From assembly GCA_963663685.2 (NCBI GenBank), contig CAXXDT010000004.1:442-64441 (forward strand): a DNA stretch of 64,000 nt, read 5' to 3'. Position numbers and translations under genes: made by a program. Shown here one piece after another: positions 40,292-48,987 of this stretch. Below the pieces are notes generated by a model. The model saw only the letters and a list, made by a program, of their open reading frames with translations, was not told the DNA's origin and did no database searches. This DNA is from an uncultured Syntrophobacter sp. Its GTDB lineage: Bacteria; Desulfobacterota; Syntrophobacteria; Syntrophobacterales; Syntrophobacteraceae. Every line of letters begins with the position of its first letter. Position 1 is the stretch's first letter.

Positions 40292-40983
40292 TGCAGTCAT
40301 TCAGCCTGAACGAAGACATGATACTGAACATCCTCCAGAACGCCAGACCCTACGGACATCATGAGGATGCACAGCGCCTGAATCTCGGATTCGGATTTAT
40401 CTACTACGGACTGGCGAGGGTGTTGAGGCCGAAGCATGTCGCCGTGATCGGCTCAGGCTTCGGTTTCAGCGTAATATGCCTGGCCCTGGGATTGAAAGAC
40501 AACGGAGAGGGGCAGGTCAGTTTCGTGGACCCGTCCTACTCGCTGCTGCGAAACGGTCCCTTCAAAACCATCGGAGGCACGGACAACTGGAACGAACCGA
40601 CCAGGGTCCAGGAGCATTTCGAGTCCTTCGGCGTCGGCAACCTGGTCACCCATTTCAAGATGACCAGTGAGGTGTTCTTTAACCAGTTCGAGGGTCTCGA
40701 TCTTCCGGACGTGGACATCGCCTTTATCGACGGCAACCATTCCTATAAGAATGCCAGAAACGACTTCATCGGTGTCCTCGGACATTCGCAAAAGAACTCC
40801 TACATATTTCTTCATGATTCCAACATCTATATTCGCGAAATGATTCGCCATGCCGGCGTCAAGCGATGGATGAACGTTTTGAAGACCAGGAGCGACCTCT
40901 TCGAACTGATCGATTTTCCGTTTGATTCCGGTGTAGCCCTCGTTCGCGTCACCCGGGATGACGCGTGGAAGCACATGGCATGA
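40291..40983 (+). CDS. Class I SAM-dependent methyltransferase (Methyltransf_24-like)
   Basis: VIGSGFGFS, SFVDP, DIAFIDGNHSY, FLHDS. Confidence 0.88.
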   Translation: MQSFSLNEDMILNILQNARPYGHHEDAQRLNLGFGFIYYGLARVLRPKHVAVIGSGFGFSVICLALGLKDNGEGQVSFVDPSYSLLRNGPFKTIGGTDNWNEPTRVQEHFESFGVGNLVTHFKMTSEVFFNQFEGLDLPDVDIAFIDGNHSYKNARNDFIGVLGHSQKNSYIFLHDSNIYIREMIRHAGVKRWMNVLKTRSDLFELIDFPFDSGVALVRVTRDDAWKHMA

Positions 40984-41666
40984 ATTACCTGTTGTCGGCC
41001 CTGGCCCTGTTTCTCATCCTTGCGGTTTTGTACTGGCGTTTCATCTGGTTCTTCAGAAACCCTCCCCGGCGCTGTCCCTTGGGGGAAAACCTGGTGAGTC
41101 CCGCGGACGGGAGGGTCGTCTATGTCGAAAAGGTACGGAGCGGCAGTGAGGTGTTCTCCATCAAAAAAGGGGTGTCGGCAAGGCTGGAGGACATCACCAG
41201 GGAAGACCTGGGCAAGGAAAAGATACTCATCGGCATCTTCATGAGCCCTTTCAACGTGCACTACAACAGGGCGCCCCTGTCGGGAACCGTCGAACTCATA
41301 AGGCACTATCCGCCGACAGGCAAGAATCTCAACATGGCTTCAATGCATTTCAGGGCCGTCTTCAGGATTCCTCCCTATTACAAAAACAGCCTTCACATCG
41401 TCCGGAACGAACGCACCGTCACCAAGATTCAGGGATGTTTCAGAAACGCCTCCATCCCCTGCTACATCGTACAGATTGCGGGAAGAACCGTTCGCGCCAT
41501 CGTGTCCTTTTACCGGGAAGGGGCGAATGTCGGCAAAGGGGACGTTTTCGGCATGGTTCGAATAGGGTCCCAGGTTGACATCGTGGTGCCGTTCCTGGAC
41601 GGAATGCGATTGAAGGTCAAGGCCGGCGACAAAGTCCGCGCCGGTCAGACGATCCTCCTGGAATGA
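40980..41666 (+). CDS. Short-type phosphatidylserine decarboxylase-family protein
   Basis: ATGA overlap; N-terminal TM; WFFRNP, VSPADGRV, IFMSPFNVHYNRAP, NERT, QIAG, RIGSQVD cleavage motif. Confidence 0.9.
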   Translation: MNYLLSALALFLILAVLYWRFIWFFRNPPRRCPLGENLVSPADGRVVYVEKVRSGSEVFSIKKGVSARLEDITREDLGKEKILIGIFMSPFNVHYNRAPLSGTVELIRHYPPTGKNLNMASMHFRAVFRIPPYYKNSLHIVRNERTVTKIQGCFRNASIPCYIVQIAGRTVRAIVSFYREGANVGKGDVFGMVRIGSQVDIVVPFLDGMRLKVKAGDKVRAGQTILLE

Positions 41667-41876
41667 CGGGACCCATGATTTTCCCTCGAGGATTCATGCA
41701 GAAGCATATGGCACAAAGAATATCAGGGGCCTTTATTTCCGGAATTCACTTCCACCTGCGTGTTTTTCCCTCTTTCCCCGAACTTCCTCTCCCGGCCTCG
41801 GGCGTCACTCAACCGTTGCCACGTAATTTCTTCCTCAACACTCCGAATATCGGAATTTGCCAGAACAGGAGCAGTT

Positions 41877-44348
41877 ATGGACGTTAAGACCACCAGGGTT
41901 GATCTTCATCTTCATTCAAAGTTTTCCATACGGCCGTCACAGTGGATCCTCCAGAAGATCGGTTGCCCCGAAAGCTTTGTGGACCCGATGGAACTCTACG
42001 GTCTCGCAAAGCAAAAGGGTATGTCGCTGGTCACCATCACGGATCACAACACCATTGCCGGATGCCTGGAAATTTCCCATCTTCCCGGCACGTTCATCAG
42101 CGAAGAGGTGACGACCTACTTCCCCGACGATAAATGCAAAATCCATGTGCTCGCCCACAACATCGATGAAAATGCCCATGTGGAAATTCAAAAGGTGCGG
42201 GAAAACATTTTCGACCTCGTTGCGTACCTGTCCGGGGCGGGCATCTATCACGCGCTGGCGCATCCTTTGTTTTCTCTCAACGATAAACTGACGATGGACC
42301 ATTTCGAAAAGCTCCTCCTGCTCTTCAGAAACTTCGAACTGAACGGCACGAGGGATGTCCTGCAGAACCAGTGCCTGAGACTCATCCTGTCGAGCCTTGA
42401 GCCCGCGACCTTCCAATTCCTGTCGGAAAAGCACGGCATTGAGCCGCATTTCCCGGAACCGTGGGAAAAGCGGCTCATCGGTGGCTCGGACGATCACAGT
42501 TCGCTGAACGTCGCGTGTACGTACACGGAAGTACAGGGGGAATTTCTCGACCCGGAAGCCTTCCTGGCCGCACTGGAGAAGGCCCCCACGGTCATCGGCC
42601 AGGGTTCCGGCCCCCAGGTCCTCGCGCACAACCTGTACGCCATCGCGTACCAGTTCTACAAAAAGAAGTTCAACCTCGAACGCTACGCCGGAAAAGACGT
42701 TCTCCTGCGGGTCCTCGACCGGTTCCTTCAGCCGAATACGGCGGCCGAAGCGGGCATAATCTCGAAGCTGCACGTCTTCTGGAACCGCCGGAGGCGTTCA
42801 GGGGCCGGGAGCCGCTCTTCCGCGGATATCAAGGACCTGTTTCGCCGTGAAGCCCTGCGGCTCATCACGGACAACCCGGAACTCATGCGCTTCGTCGAAA
42901 GCTCAAACCCGGTGCCGCAGGATTTGGAAATAAAATGGTTCGAATTCGTCAACGAAGTCTCGAACAAGGTGCTGCTTCACTTTGCAAACCACCTTCTGGA
43001 CCATCTCTCCGGCGCCAATGTCTTCAATATTTTCCATTCGATCGGTTCGGCCGGAGGGCTCTATTCCCTGTTGGCCCCCTATTTCGTGTCTTACTCCATC
43101 TTTGCCCGGGAAAAGGCGTTCAGCCGGGAAGCCCTTGAATGGTTCGGAGCGCGAAAACCGCAGGACGATCCGCTCAAACGGGTGAAAGTGGCCCACTTCA
43201 CCGATACGTTCCATGAAATCAACGGAGTCGCCACCACGCTTCAGCAGCAGATCAGCGCGGCCATGAAAACGAGGCGGGAACTGGTCGTTATCACCTGCGC
43301 CGAAAGGGACGATTCCGGATTCAAGGGCGTCCGGAACTTCCTGCCCGTAGGGGTTTACGAGTTGCCCGAGTACCCCGAACAGAAGCTCTGCTATCCGCCG
43401 TTCCTGGAAATGCTGAGCTACTGCTACGAGAACGGATTCACCCATATCCACTCCGCCACCCCCGGCCCCATCGGACTCGCCGCCCTGGCCATCGCCCGCA
43501 TTCTCAAGCTGCCCCTTTACGGGACCTACCACACCGCCCTGCCGCAGTACGCCCAGTGCCTGACCGACGACACGGCCATTGGAGAACTGGTGTGGCGGTA
43601 CACCCTCTGGTACTACGACCAGATGGACAGGATTTTCGCGCCGTCACGGAGCACCGCGAACGAACTGATCCAAAAAGGCATCTCAAAAGAAAAGGTCCGG
43701 CTTTTCGCACGCGGGATCGATATCGAACGGTTCCATCCCCTGAAGCGCAGCCGCACCCTCGAAAACCGGTTCCATCTGAACGGCGGCGGCACCCGGCTCC
43801 TTTACGTGGGCCGCATATCCAGGGAAAAGGACCTCCCCGTTCTCGAAGCCGCGTTCCGGTCCCTGGTTGCGGCCGTGGGGCAGAGGGTCCACCTGGTGGT
43901 GGTGGGCGACGGCCCATACCTTGAGGAGATGCGGGAGAACATGAAGGACATGCCCTGCTGCTTCACCGGGTACCTGGAAGGGGAAGATCTGAGTGGCGTT
44001 TATGCGTCCTGCGATTTGTTTGTTTTTCCCAGCACCACCGACACGTTCGGCAACGTCGTTCTTGAAGCACAGGCATCCGGGCTGCCCGTTGTCGTGACCG
44101 ATTCCGGAGGTCCCCAGGAAAACCTCCTGCCCGGAGAAACCGGTGTGATCGTCGATGGAAGCAGCGTTCAGTCTCTTTTCGAAGCCTTGAGAAACCTCGT
44201 CAGGAACCCGGATCGCCTGAGGGAAATGGGGAAAAGGGCACGGCGGTACTCCGAGGAACGGTCCTTTGAAGACGCCTTCGAAACGAGCTGGACGATGTAC
44301 CGCGATGAGGCGGAGCCGGCCGGAGTGGTTTTGGACCGTGTAATCTGA
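41877..44348 (+). CDS. PHP phosphoesterase domain fused to a GT4 glycosyltransferase
   Basis: N-terminal DLHLHS, ITDHN, AHP, GGSDDH. C-terminal TDTFHEINGVA, IHSATPGP, YHT, RGID, YVGRISREK, FPSTTDTFGNVVLEAQASGLPV. Confidence 0.92.
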   Translation: MDVKTTRVDLHLHSKFSIRPSQWILQKIGCPESFVDPMELYGLAKQKGMSLVTITDHNTIAGCLEISHLPGTFISEEVTTYFPDDKCKIHVLAHNIDENAHVEIQKVRENIFDLVAYLSGAGIYHALAHPLFSLNDKLTMDHFEKLLLLFRNFELNGTRDVLQNQCLRLILSSLEPATFQFLSEKHGIEPHFPEPWEKRLIGGSDDHSSLNVACTYTEVQGEFLDPEAFLAALEKAPTVIGQGSGPQVLAHNLYAIAYQFYKKKFNLERYAGKDVLLRVLDRFLQPNTAAEAGIISKLHVFWNRRRRSGAGSRSSADIKDLFRREALRLITDNPELMRFVESSNPVPQDLEIKWFEFVNEVSNKVLLHFANHLLDHLSGANVFNIFHSIGSAGGLYSLLAPYFVSYSIFAREKAFSREALEWFGARKPQDDPLKRVKVAHFTDTFHEINGVATTLQQQISAAMKTRRELVVITCAERDDSGFKGVRNFLPVGVYELPEYPEQKLCYPPFLEMLSYCYENGFTHIHSATPGPIGLAALAIARILKLPLYGTYHTALPQYAQCLTDDTAIGELVWRYTLWYYDQMDRIFAPSRSTANELIQKGISKEKVRLFARGIDIERFHPLKRSRTLENRFHLNGGGTRLLYVGRISREKDLPVLEAAFRSLVAAVGQRVHLVVVGDGPYLEEMRENMKDMPCCFTGYLEGEDLSGVYASCDLFVFPSTTDTFGNVVLEAQASGLPVVVTDSGGPQENLLPGETGVIVDGSSVQSLFEALRNLVRNPDRLREMGKRARRYSEERSFEDAFETSWTMYRDEAEPAGVVLDRVI

Positions 44349-44414
44349 AGCGCCGGCCGGACGGACGCTCGCGAACGGCGAGCTTTCCCAGTCAACCCAT
44401 GGAGGGAGCAAAAC

Positions 44415-45716
44415 ATGCGCAAAACCTACGTGCTGGATACGAATGTCCTGCTTCATGATCCGGAGGCGATTCTGGCCTTTGGAGAAAATGATGTAGTGCT
44501 TCCGTTTGCGGTGATCGAAGAATTGGATAACCAGAAAAAAAGGCAGGACGAGATCGGCAGAAACGCGCGCATTGTATCACAGCTTCTCGATAATCTTCGT
44601 ACTTCCGGATGCCTCTCGGAAGGGGTCGCTCTTCCGGGCGGAGGCAGGATCAGGATTGAACTGAATCACCAGGAGGTTATTGATTTCCCCGCAGGGCTGG
44701 ACCCTCACAAATGTGATAACCGGATTCTTGCGGTTGCCTGCAATCTGAATCGTGAAAACAACGGGTCTTCGGCGCTGGTCACCAAGGACCTCAACCTTCG
44801 CGTGAAAGCCGATGTCCTGGGCATTCCCGCCGAGGATTTCTCGAGTGACAAGGTCGACTACTCCCGGCTTTACCCGGGCACGGGGGAATGCCTTGTATCG
44901 TGCGGGGAGTTGGATTGCTTTTTCAGCAAGGGCGGCCTTGAACTGGAAGAACCCAATGGTTTTCAGCCCAACCAGTTCGTCGTTCTGAAGAACCATTCGA
45001 ATCCTTCCCAATCTGCCCTCACCCGTCATTTTCGAAATCGCCTGCTGCCCCTGCGCCACGCGGAATCGGTCAACTGGGGCGTAAAGGCCTTGAACAAGGA
45101 ACAGAAGTTCGCCCTGGAACTGCTGTTGAACGACGACATCAAGGTCGTGACGCTCATCGGGCGTGCCGGTACGGGCAAGACGCTTCTCGCCCTCGCGGTG
45201 GCACTTGAAAAAGTCATCGAACAGAGGGTCTTTTCAAGATTGCTCGTCACCCGTCCGGTCGTGCCCATGGGAAGGGACCTCGGTTATCTTCCCGGTGCGA
45301 AGGAGGAAAAACTGAGGCCGTGGATGCAGCCCATTTATGACAACCTCGAATTCCTGCTGGGCGATTGTCCCGACCGGAGCCGCATCCTGGAAGACCTGAT
45401 CGGGCGGGGCATCCTCGAAATGGAGGCCCTGACCTATATCCGGGGGAGGAGCATTCCCCGGCAGTTTATCGTCTGCGATGAGGCGCAGAATCTTTCGCCT
45501 CACATGTTGAAGACCCTCATCACACGAGTGGGTGAAAAAACGAAAATCGTGTTCACCGGGGACCCCGAACAAATTGACAGCCCGTACCTGGATGCTTCCA
45601 GCAATGGGCTGACCTACCTGGTCGAGAAGTTCAAGGGGCAGGAAATCGCCGGTCATGTGACGCTCGTCAAGGGTGAACGGTCCGAAGTGGCGGAACTGGG
45701 CGCCAGGCTCCTCTGA
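44415..45716 (+). CDS. phoH: PIN domain + PhoH-family ATPase
   Basis: YVLDTNVLLHDP, DNRIL, TKDLNLR; GRAGTGKT, GYLPG, YIRGRS, DEAQN, TGDPEQID. Confidence 0.93.
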   Translation: MRKTYVLDTNVLLHDPEAILAFGENDVVLPFAVIEELDNQKKRQDEIGRNARIVSQLLDNLRTSGCLSEGVALPGGGRIRIELNHQEVIDFPAGLDPHKCDNRILAVACNLNRENNGSSALVTKDLNLRVKADVLGIPAEDFSSDKVDYSRLYPGTGECLVSCGELDCFFSKGGLELEEPNGFQPNQFVVLKNHSNPSQSALTRHFRNRLLPLRHAESVNWGVKALNKEQKFALELLLNDDIKVVTLIGRAGTGKTLLALAVALEKVIEQRVFSRLLVTRPVVPMGRDLGYLPGAKEEKLRPWMQPIYDNLEFLLGDCPDRSRILEDLIGRGILEMEALTYIRGRSIPRQFIVCDEAQNLSPHMLKTLITRVGEKTKIVFTGDPEQIDSPYLDASSNGLTYLVEKFKGQEIAGHVTLVKGERSEVAELGARLL

Positions 45717-45746
45717 GGTATCCCACGTGGAACGACGAAACCTCGT

Positions 45747-45785
45747 TTCACCCAATCTCTACGCGCCTGTAACAAGGTTGTAACG
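45747..45785 (+). promoter_or_regulatory. Pho-box-like repeats upstream of pstS
   Basis: TTCACC(45747), GTAACA(45769), GTAACG(45780) on an 11-bp register. Confidence 0.65.
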
Positions 45786-45893
45786 TTTTCCGCTTACACT
45801 CGGAACCTGACGAAATGCGAGGAAGAAGCGGTCTTCGGCCCTATGGGATTGCTGAGATAACGACAACTTGAGAAAAAACCAAAGGAGAGTTTC

Positions 45894-46709
45894 ATGAGAT
45901 CAAAGTGGATTGCAGTAGCGGTAATGGTCCTGACATGCCTTACGGCATCGTGGAGTTGGGCGGGGTCGCTCAAAATGGACGGCTCCACCACGGTGCTTCC
46001 CATCGCTCAAAAGGCCGCGGAAGCCTATATGAAAGAATTCCCGGATGTGAATGTCACCGTTTCGGGAGGCGGCTCGGGCAACGGCATCAAAGCGCTCATC
46101 GACGGCACCACGGACATTGCCAACAGCTCGCGTTTTATTAAAACCGAGGAAGTGAAGCTTGCGATCGAAAAAGGCAGATATCCGGTCCCGTTCGCCATCG
46201 CCTACGATTGCATCATTCCCGTGGTGCACCCGAGCAATACGGTGAACAACCTCACGCTGGACCAGCTCAAGTCCATTTACACGGGACAGGTCAAGAACTG
46301 GAAGGAACTGGGCGGGCACGACGGTGAAATCGTGGTCATCTCCCGCGACACTTCGTCCGGCACCTATGAAATCTGGGAAGAAAAGATCATGAAGGGCGAC
46401 CGCGTTTTCCCCGCGGCGCTTGTTCAGGCTTCCAACGGCGCCATCTCGCAGGCCGTATCCAAGAACAAGAACGCCATCGGTTACGTTGGAGTGGGGTATG
46501 TGGACAAGACCGTCAAGGGCCTCACGGTGAACGGTGTCGTCGGCAACGACGAAACGGCCCTGAGCGGGAAGTTCCCCATCTCCAGGCCCTTGTACATGTT
46601 CACCCCCGGCTGGCCGAATGCCGACGTGATCAAGTTCATCAACTACGTTTTGAATCCCCAGAAGGGACAAAAGCTGGTCAAAGAAGCCGGATTCGTCCCC
46701 CTCTATTGA
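45894..46709 (+). CDS. pstS: Phosphate ABC transporter substrate-binding protein
   Basis: Signal peptide; DGSTTVLP, GGGSGNG, SRDTSSGT, PISRPLY. Confidence 0.95.
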   Translation: MRSKWIAVAVMVLTCLTASWSWAGSLKMDGSTTVLPIAQKAAEAYMKEFPDVNVTVSGGGSGNGIKALIDGTTDIANSSRFIKTEEVKLAIEKGRYPVPFAIAYDCIIPVVHPSNTVNNLTLDQLKSIYTGQVKNWKELGGHDGEIVVISRDTSSGTYEIWEEKIMKGDRVFPAALVQASNGAISQAVSKNKNAIGYVGVGYVDKTVKGLTVNGVVGNDETALSGKFPISRPLYMFTPGWPNADVIKFINYVLNPQKGQKLVKEAGFVPLY

Positions 46710-46733
46710 TCCCTGAAACCAATTTCTCCAGAA

Positions 46734-46764
46734 GGCCTTCTTCCCCGGGTGCGGGGGAGAAGGC
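46734..46764 (+). terminator. Intra-operon stem-loop after pstS (attenuator or mRNA stabiliser)
   Basis: GGCCTTCTTCCCC...GGGGAGAAGGCC inverted repeat, without a poly-T tail. Confidence 0.5.
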
Positions 46765-46782
46765 CCAACAGGATTTGAGACT

Positions 46783-47673
46783 ATGAAGGACCGTCAGAAA
46801 ACGGAACGGTTCATCCACCTCTTCTTCCTTTTTGCCGCGTCGATTTCGATCCTGGTTCTCTCCATGATCCTGCTCTTTTTGTTCATGGAGGGTGCCCCCA
46901 TTCTGAGTAAAGTGTCCGTATTCAATTTCATTTTCGGGCGCGAATGGTATCCTACTTCCTCGCCGCCCGATTTCGGCATCTTCCCGCTCGTGGTCGCATC
47001 GATGGCCGTGACCCTGCTTTCCGCGGTCGTTTCCATCCCTCTCGGGGTCATGACCGCCATTTACCTGGCGGAAATCGCCACCGCCCGCGTCCGGGAGATC
47101 GTCAAACCCGTCGTGGAACTGCTGGCGGCCCTGCCGTCGGTCGTGATCGGTTTTTTCGGCATGGTCGTGGTTGCCCCGTTTCTCCAGGATACCTTCGATA
47201 TAGCAACGGGATTGAACCTCTTTAACGCTTCGATCATGCTGGCTTTCATGTCCGTTCCGACCATTTGCAGCATATCCGAGGACGCCATTCACAACGTGCC
47301 CGACGATCTGAGAGAAGCGTCCCTGGCGCTGGGCGCAACGCACATGGAAACCATTTCCCGCGTCGTCGTGCCGGCATCTCTTTCGGGTATCAGCACCGCG
47401 GTCATCCTCGGAATGTCCCGGGCCATCGGAGAAACCATGGTCGTGCTCATGGTGGCCGGCGGAGCGGGCCTCATTCCCACGTCCATCTTCAACCCGGTCA
47501 GGCCCATGCCGGCGAGCATCGCCGCCGAAATGGCCGAAGCCCCTTTCCGAAGCGATCATTACCATGCCCTTTTCGCCATCGGCATCGTGCTCTTCATTTT
47601 CACCATGCTTTTTAACCTCGTGGCAGACTACATAGCGCAAAAGCATAAACAGGTCGGTGCTGCCACCCTGTAA
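46783..47673 (+). CDS. pstC: Phosphate ABC transporter permease
   Basis: ELLAALPSVVIGFFG, REASLALGAT, RAIGETMVVLMVAG, IAAEMAE. Confidence 0.95.
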   Translation: MKDRQKTERFIHLFFLFAASISILVLSMILLFLFMEGAPILSKVSVFNFIFGREWYPTSSPPDFGIFPLVVASMAVTLLSAVVSIPLGVMTAIYLAEIATARVREIVKPVVELLAALPSVVIGFFGMVVVAPFLQDTFDIATGLNLFNASIMLAFMSVPTICSISEDAIHNVPDDLREASLALGATHMETISRVVVPASLSGISTAVILGMSRAIGETMVVLMVAGGAGLIPTSIFNPVRPMPASIAAEMAEAPFRSDHYHALFAIGIVLFIFTMLFNLVADYIAQKHKQVGAATL

Positions 47674-47692
47674 CGTTCAAGGGATAAGAACC

Positions 47693-48682
47693 ATGGAATT
47701 CATAACCCCCCAGGTTTTCAGCACGGCCCCGGTCGTTCCCGCCGGGGAATCCGAATCCCTGCCGCAGTGGACGCCCGGGAATGATGAAAAGAAGGTATCC
47801 GGATCGTCATCCGGTGCGCCGTCGCAAGGATCGATACGGTCGCGCCGCCTGTTCCAGGGCGGTGTGTTCAGCCTGTTTCGCGGTGCGGCGCTCGTGAACG
47901 GGCTGGCTTTGGTCATTGTGCTCGCCTTTCTGACTTTTTACGGCTGGCGGGCGATCAACTGGACCTTTCTCACGCAGGCCCCCACGGATTCCATGACCAA
48001 AGGCGGCATCTTCCCCTGCATCATGGGAACGTTTCTCCTGAGCTTCGGGGCCATGCTCGTGGCTTTCCCCTGGGGCGTCGCGTCCGCGATCTATCTGCAT
48101 GAATACGCGCGTCCCGGCCTCACGGTGCGATTCATCCGGCTCGGGATCAATAACCTCGCCGGTGTGCCATCGGTTGTTTTCGGGCTTTTCGGGCTGGCTT
48201 TTTTCGTCACTTGGTGCAAGCTGGGGGTAAGCATTCTGTCGGGAGTGCTCACCCTGGGAGTGCTGGTGCTGCCCGTCATCATCGGAACGGCCGAAGAGGC
48301 GCTCCGCTCCGTGCCCGCGACCTACAGGGAGGCTTCCCTGGCCCTCGGGGCCACCAAGTGGCAGACCATTTTCCGCGTGGTCCTTCCGGCCGCCTTTCCC
48401 GGCATGCTCACCGGATCGATCCTCGGCATCAGCCGCGCGGCCGGAGAAACCGCCGCCATCATGTTTACCGCCGCCGTCTTCTACACACGCCATCTGCCGA
48501 GTTCTCTTCTCGATCCCGTAATGGCCCTGCCGTACCATGTCTATGTCCTCGCCACGGCGGGGACCCAGATCGAACTCACCCGCCCTCTTCAATACGGCAC
48601 CGCACTGGTCCTGATCGCACTGGTCTTCGGAATGAACCTCATCGCTATCCTCTACCGGGCCCGGCTGCAAAGAAGGGCCTGA
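47693..48682 (+). CDS. pstA: Phosphate ABC transporter permease
   Basis: AIYLHEYA, NLAGVPSVVFGLFG, REASLALGATKWQT, RAAGETA. Confidence 0.95.
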   Translation: MEFITPQVFSTAPVVPAGESESLPQWTPGNDEKKVSGSSSGAPSQGSIRSRRLFQGGVFSLFRGAALVNGLALVIVLAFLTFYGWRAINWTFLTQAPTDSMTKGGIFPCIMGTFLLSFGAMLVAFPWGVASAIYLHEYARPGLTVRFIRLGINNLAGVPSVVFGLFGLAFFVTWCKLGVSILSGVLTLGVLVLPVIIGTAEEALRSVPATYREASLALGATKWQTIFRVVLPAAFPGMLTGSILGISRAAGETAAIMFTAAVFYTRHLPSSLLDPVMALPYHVYVLATAGTQIELTRPLQYGTALVLIALVFGMNLIAILYRARLQRRA

Positions 48683-48842
48683 TCGCGGTGGGCCGTGCGG
48701 CAACGCCATGCCCCCGGCCGCTCCTCCCCTGCCGGGGCGAAGCCGGCGCGGGGAAATGACAAAAACATCCGATCCCCGATTCATCTTCCTTTCAACGGTG
48801 TTGTCCGCCCGGCCCCGTCGAACCCCGTCCGTCCATCGCACT

Positions 48843-48882
48843 TTCACACGATATTCACACCGACTTCATAAAAAAGTCACCG
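48843..48882 (+). promoter_or_regulatory. Pho-box-like array of four half-sites
   Basis: TTCACAC(48843), TTCACAC(48854), TTCATAA(48865), GTCACCG(48876), exact 11-bp period. Confidence 0.8.
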
Positions 48883-48987
48883 TGCCGGCCTAAGGTCGTT
48901 GGTGACCGGTGAGTTCTCCGGAAATGTCCGTGCTGAAGATGGACGGTTCACACAAACTGACGGTGCGTTGAAGGATGGAGGGGCGAA

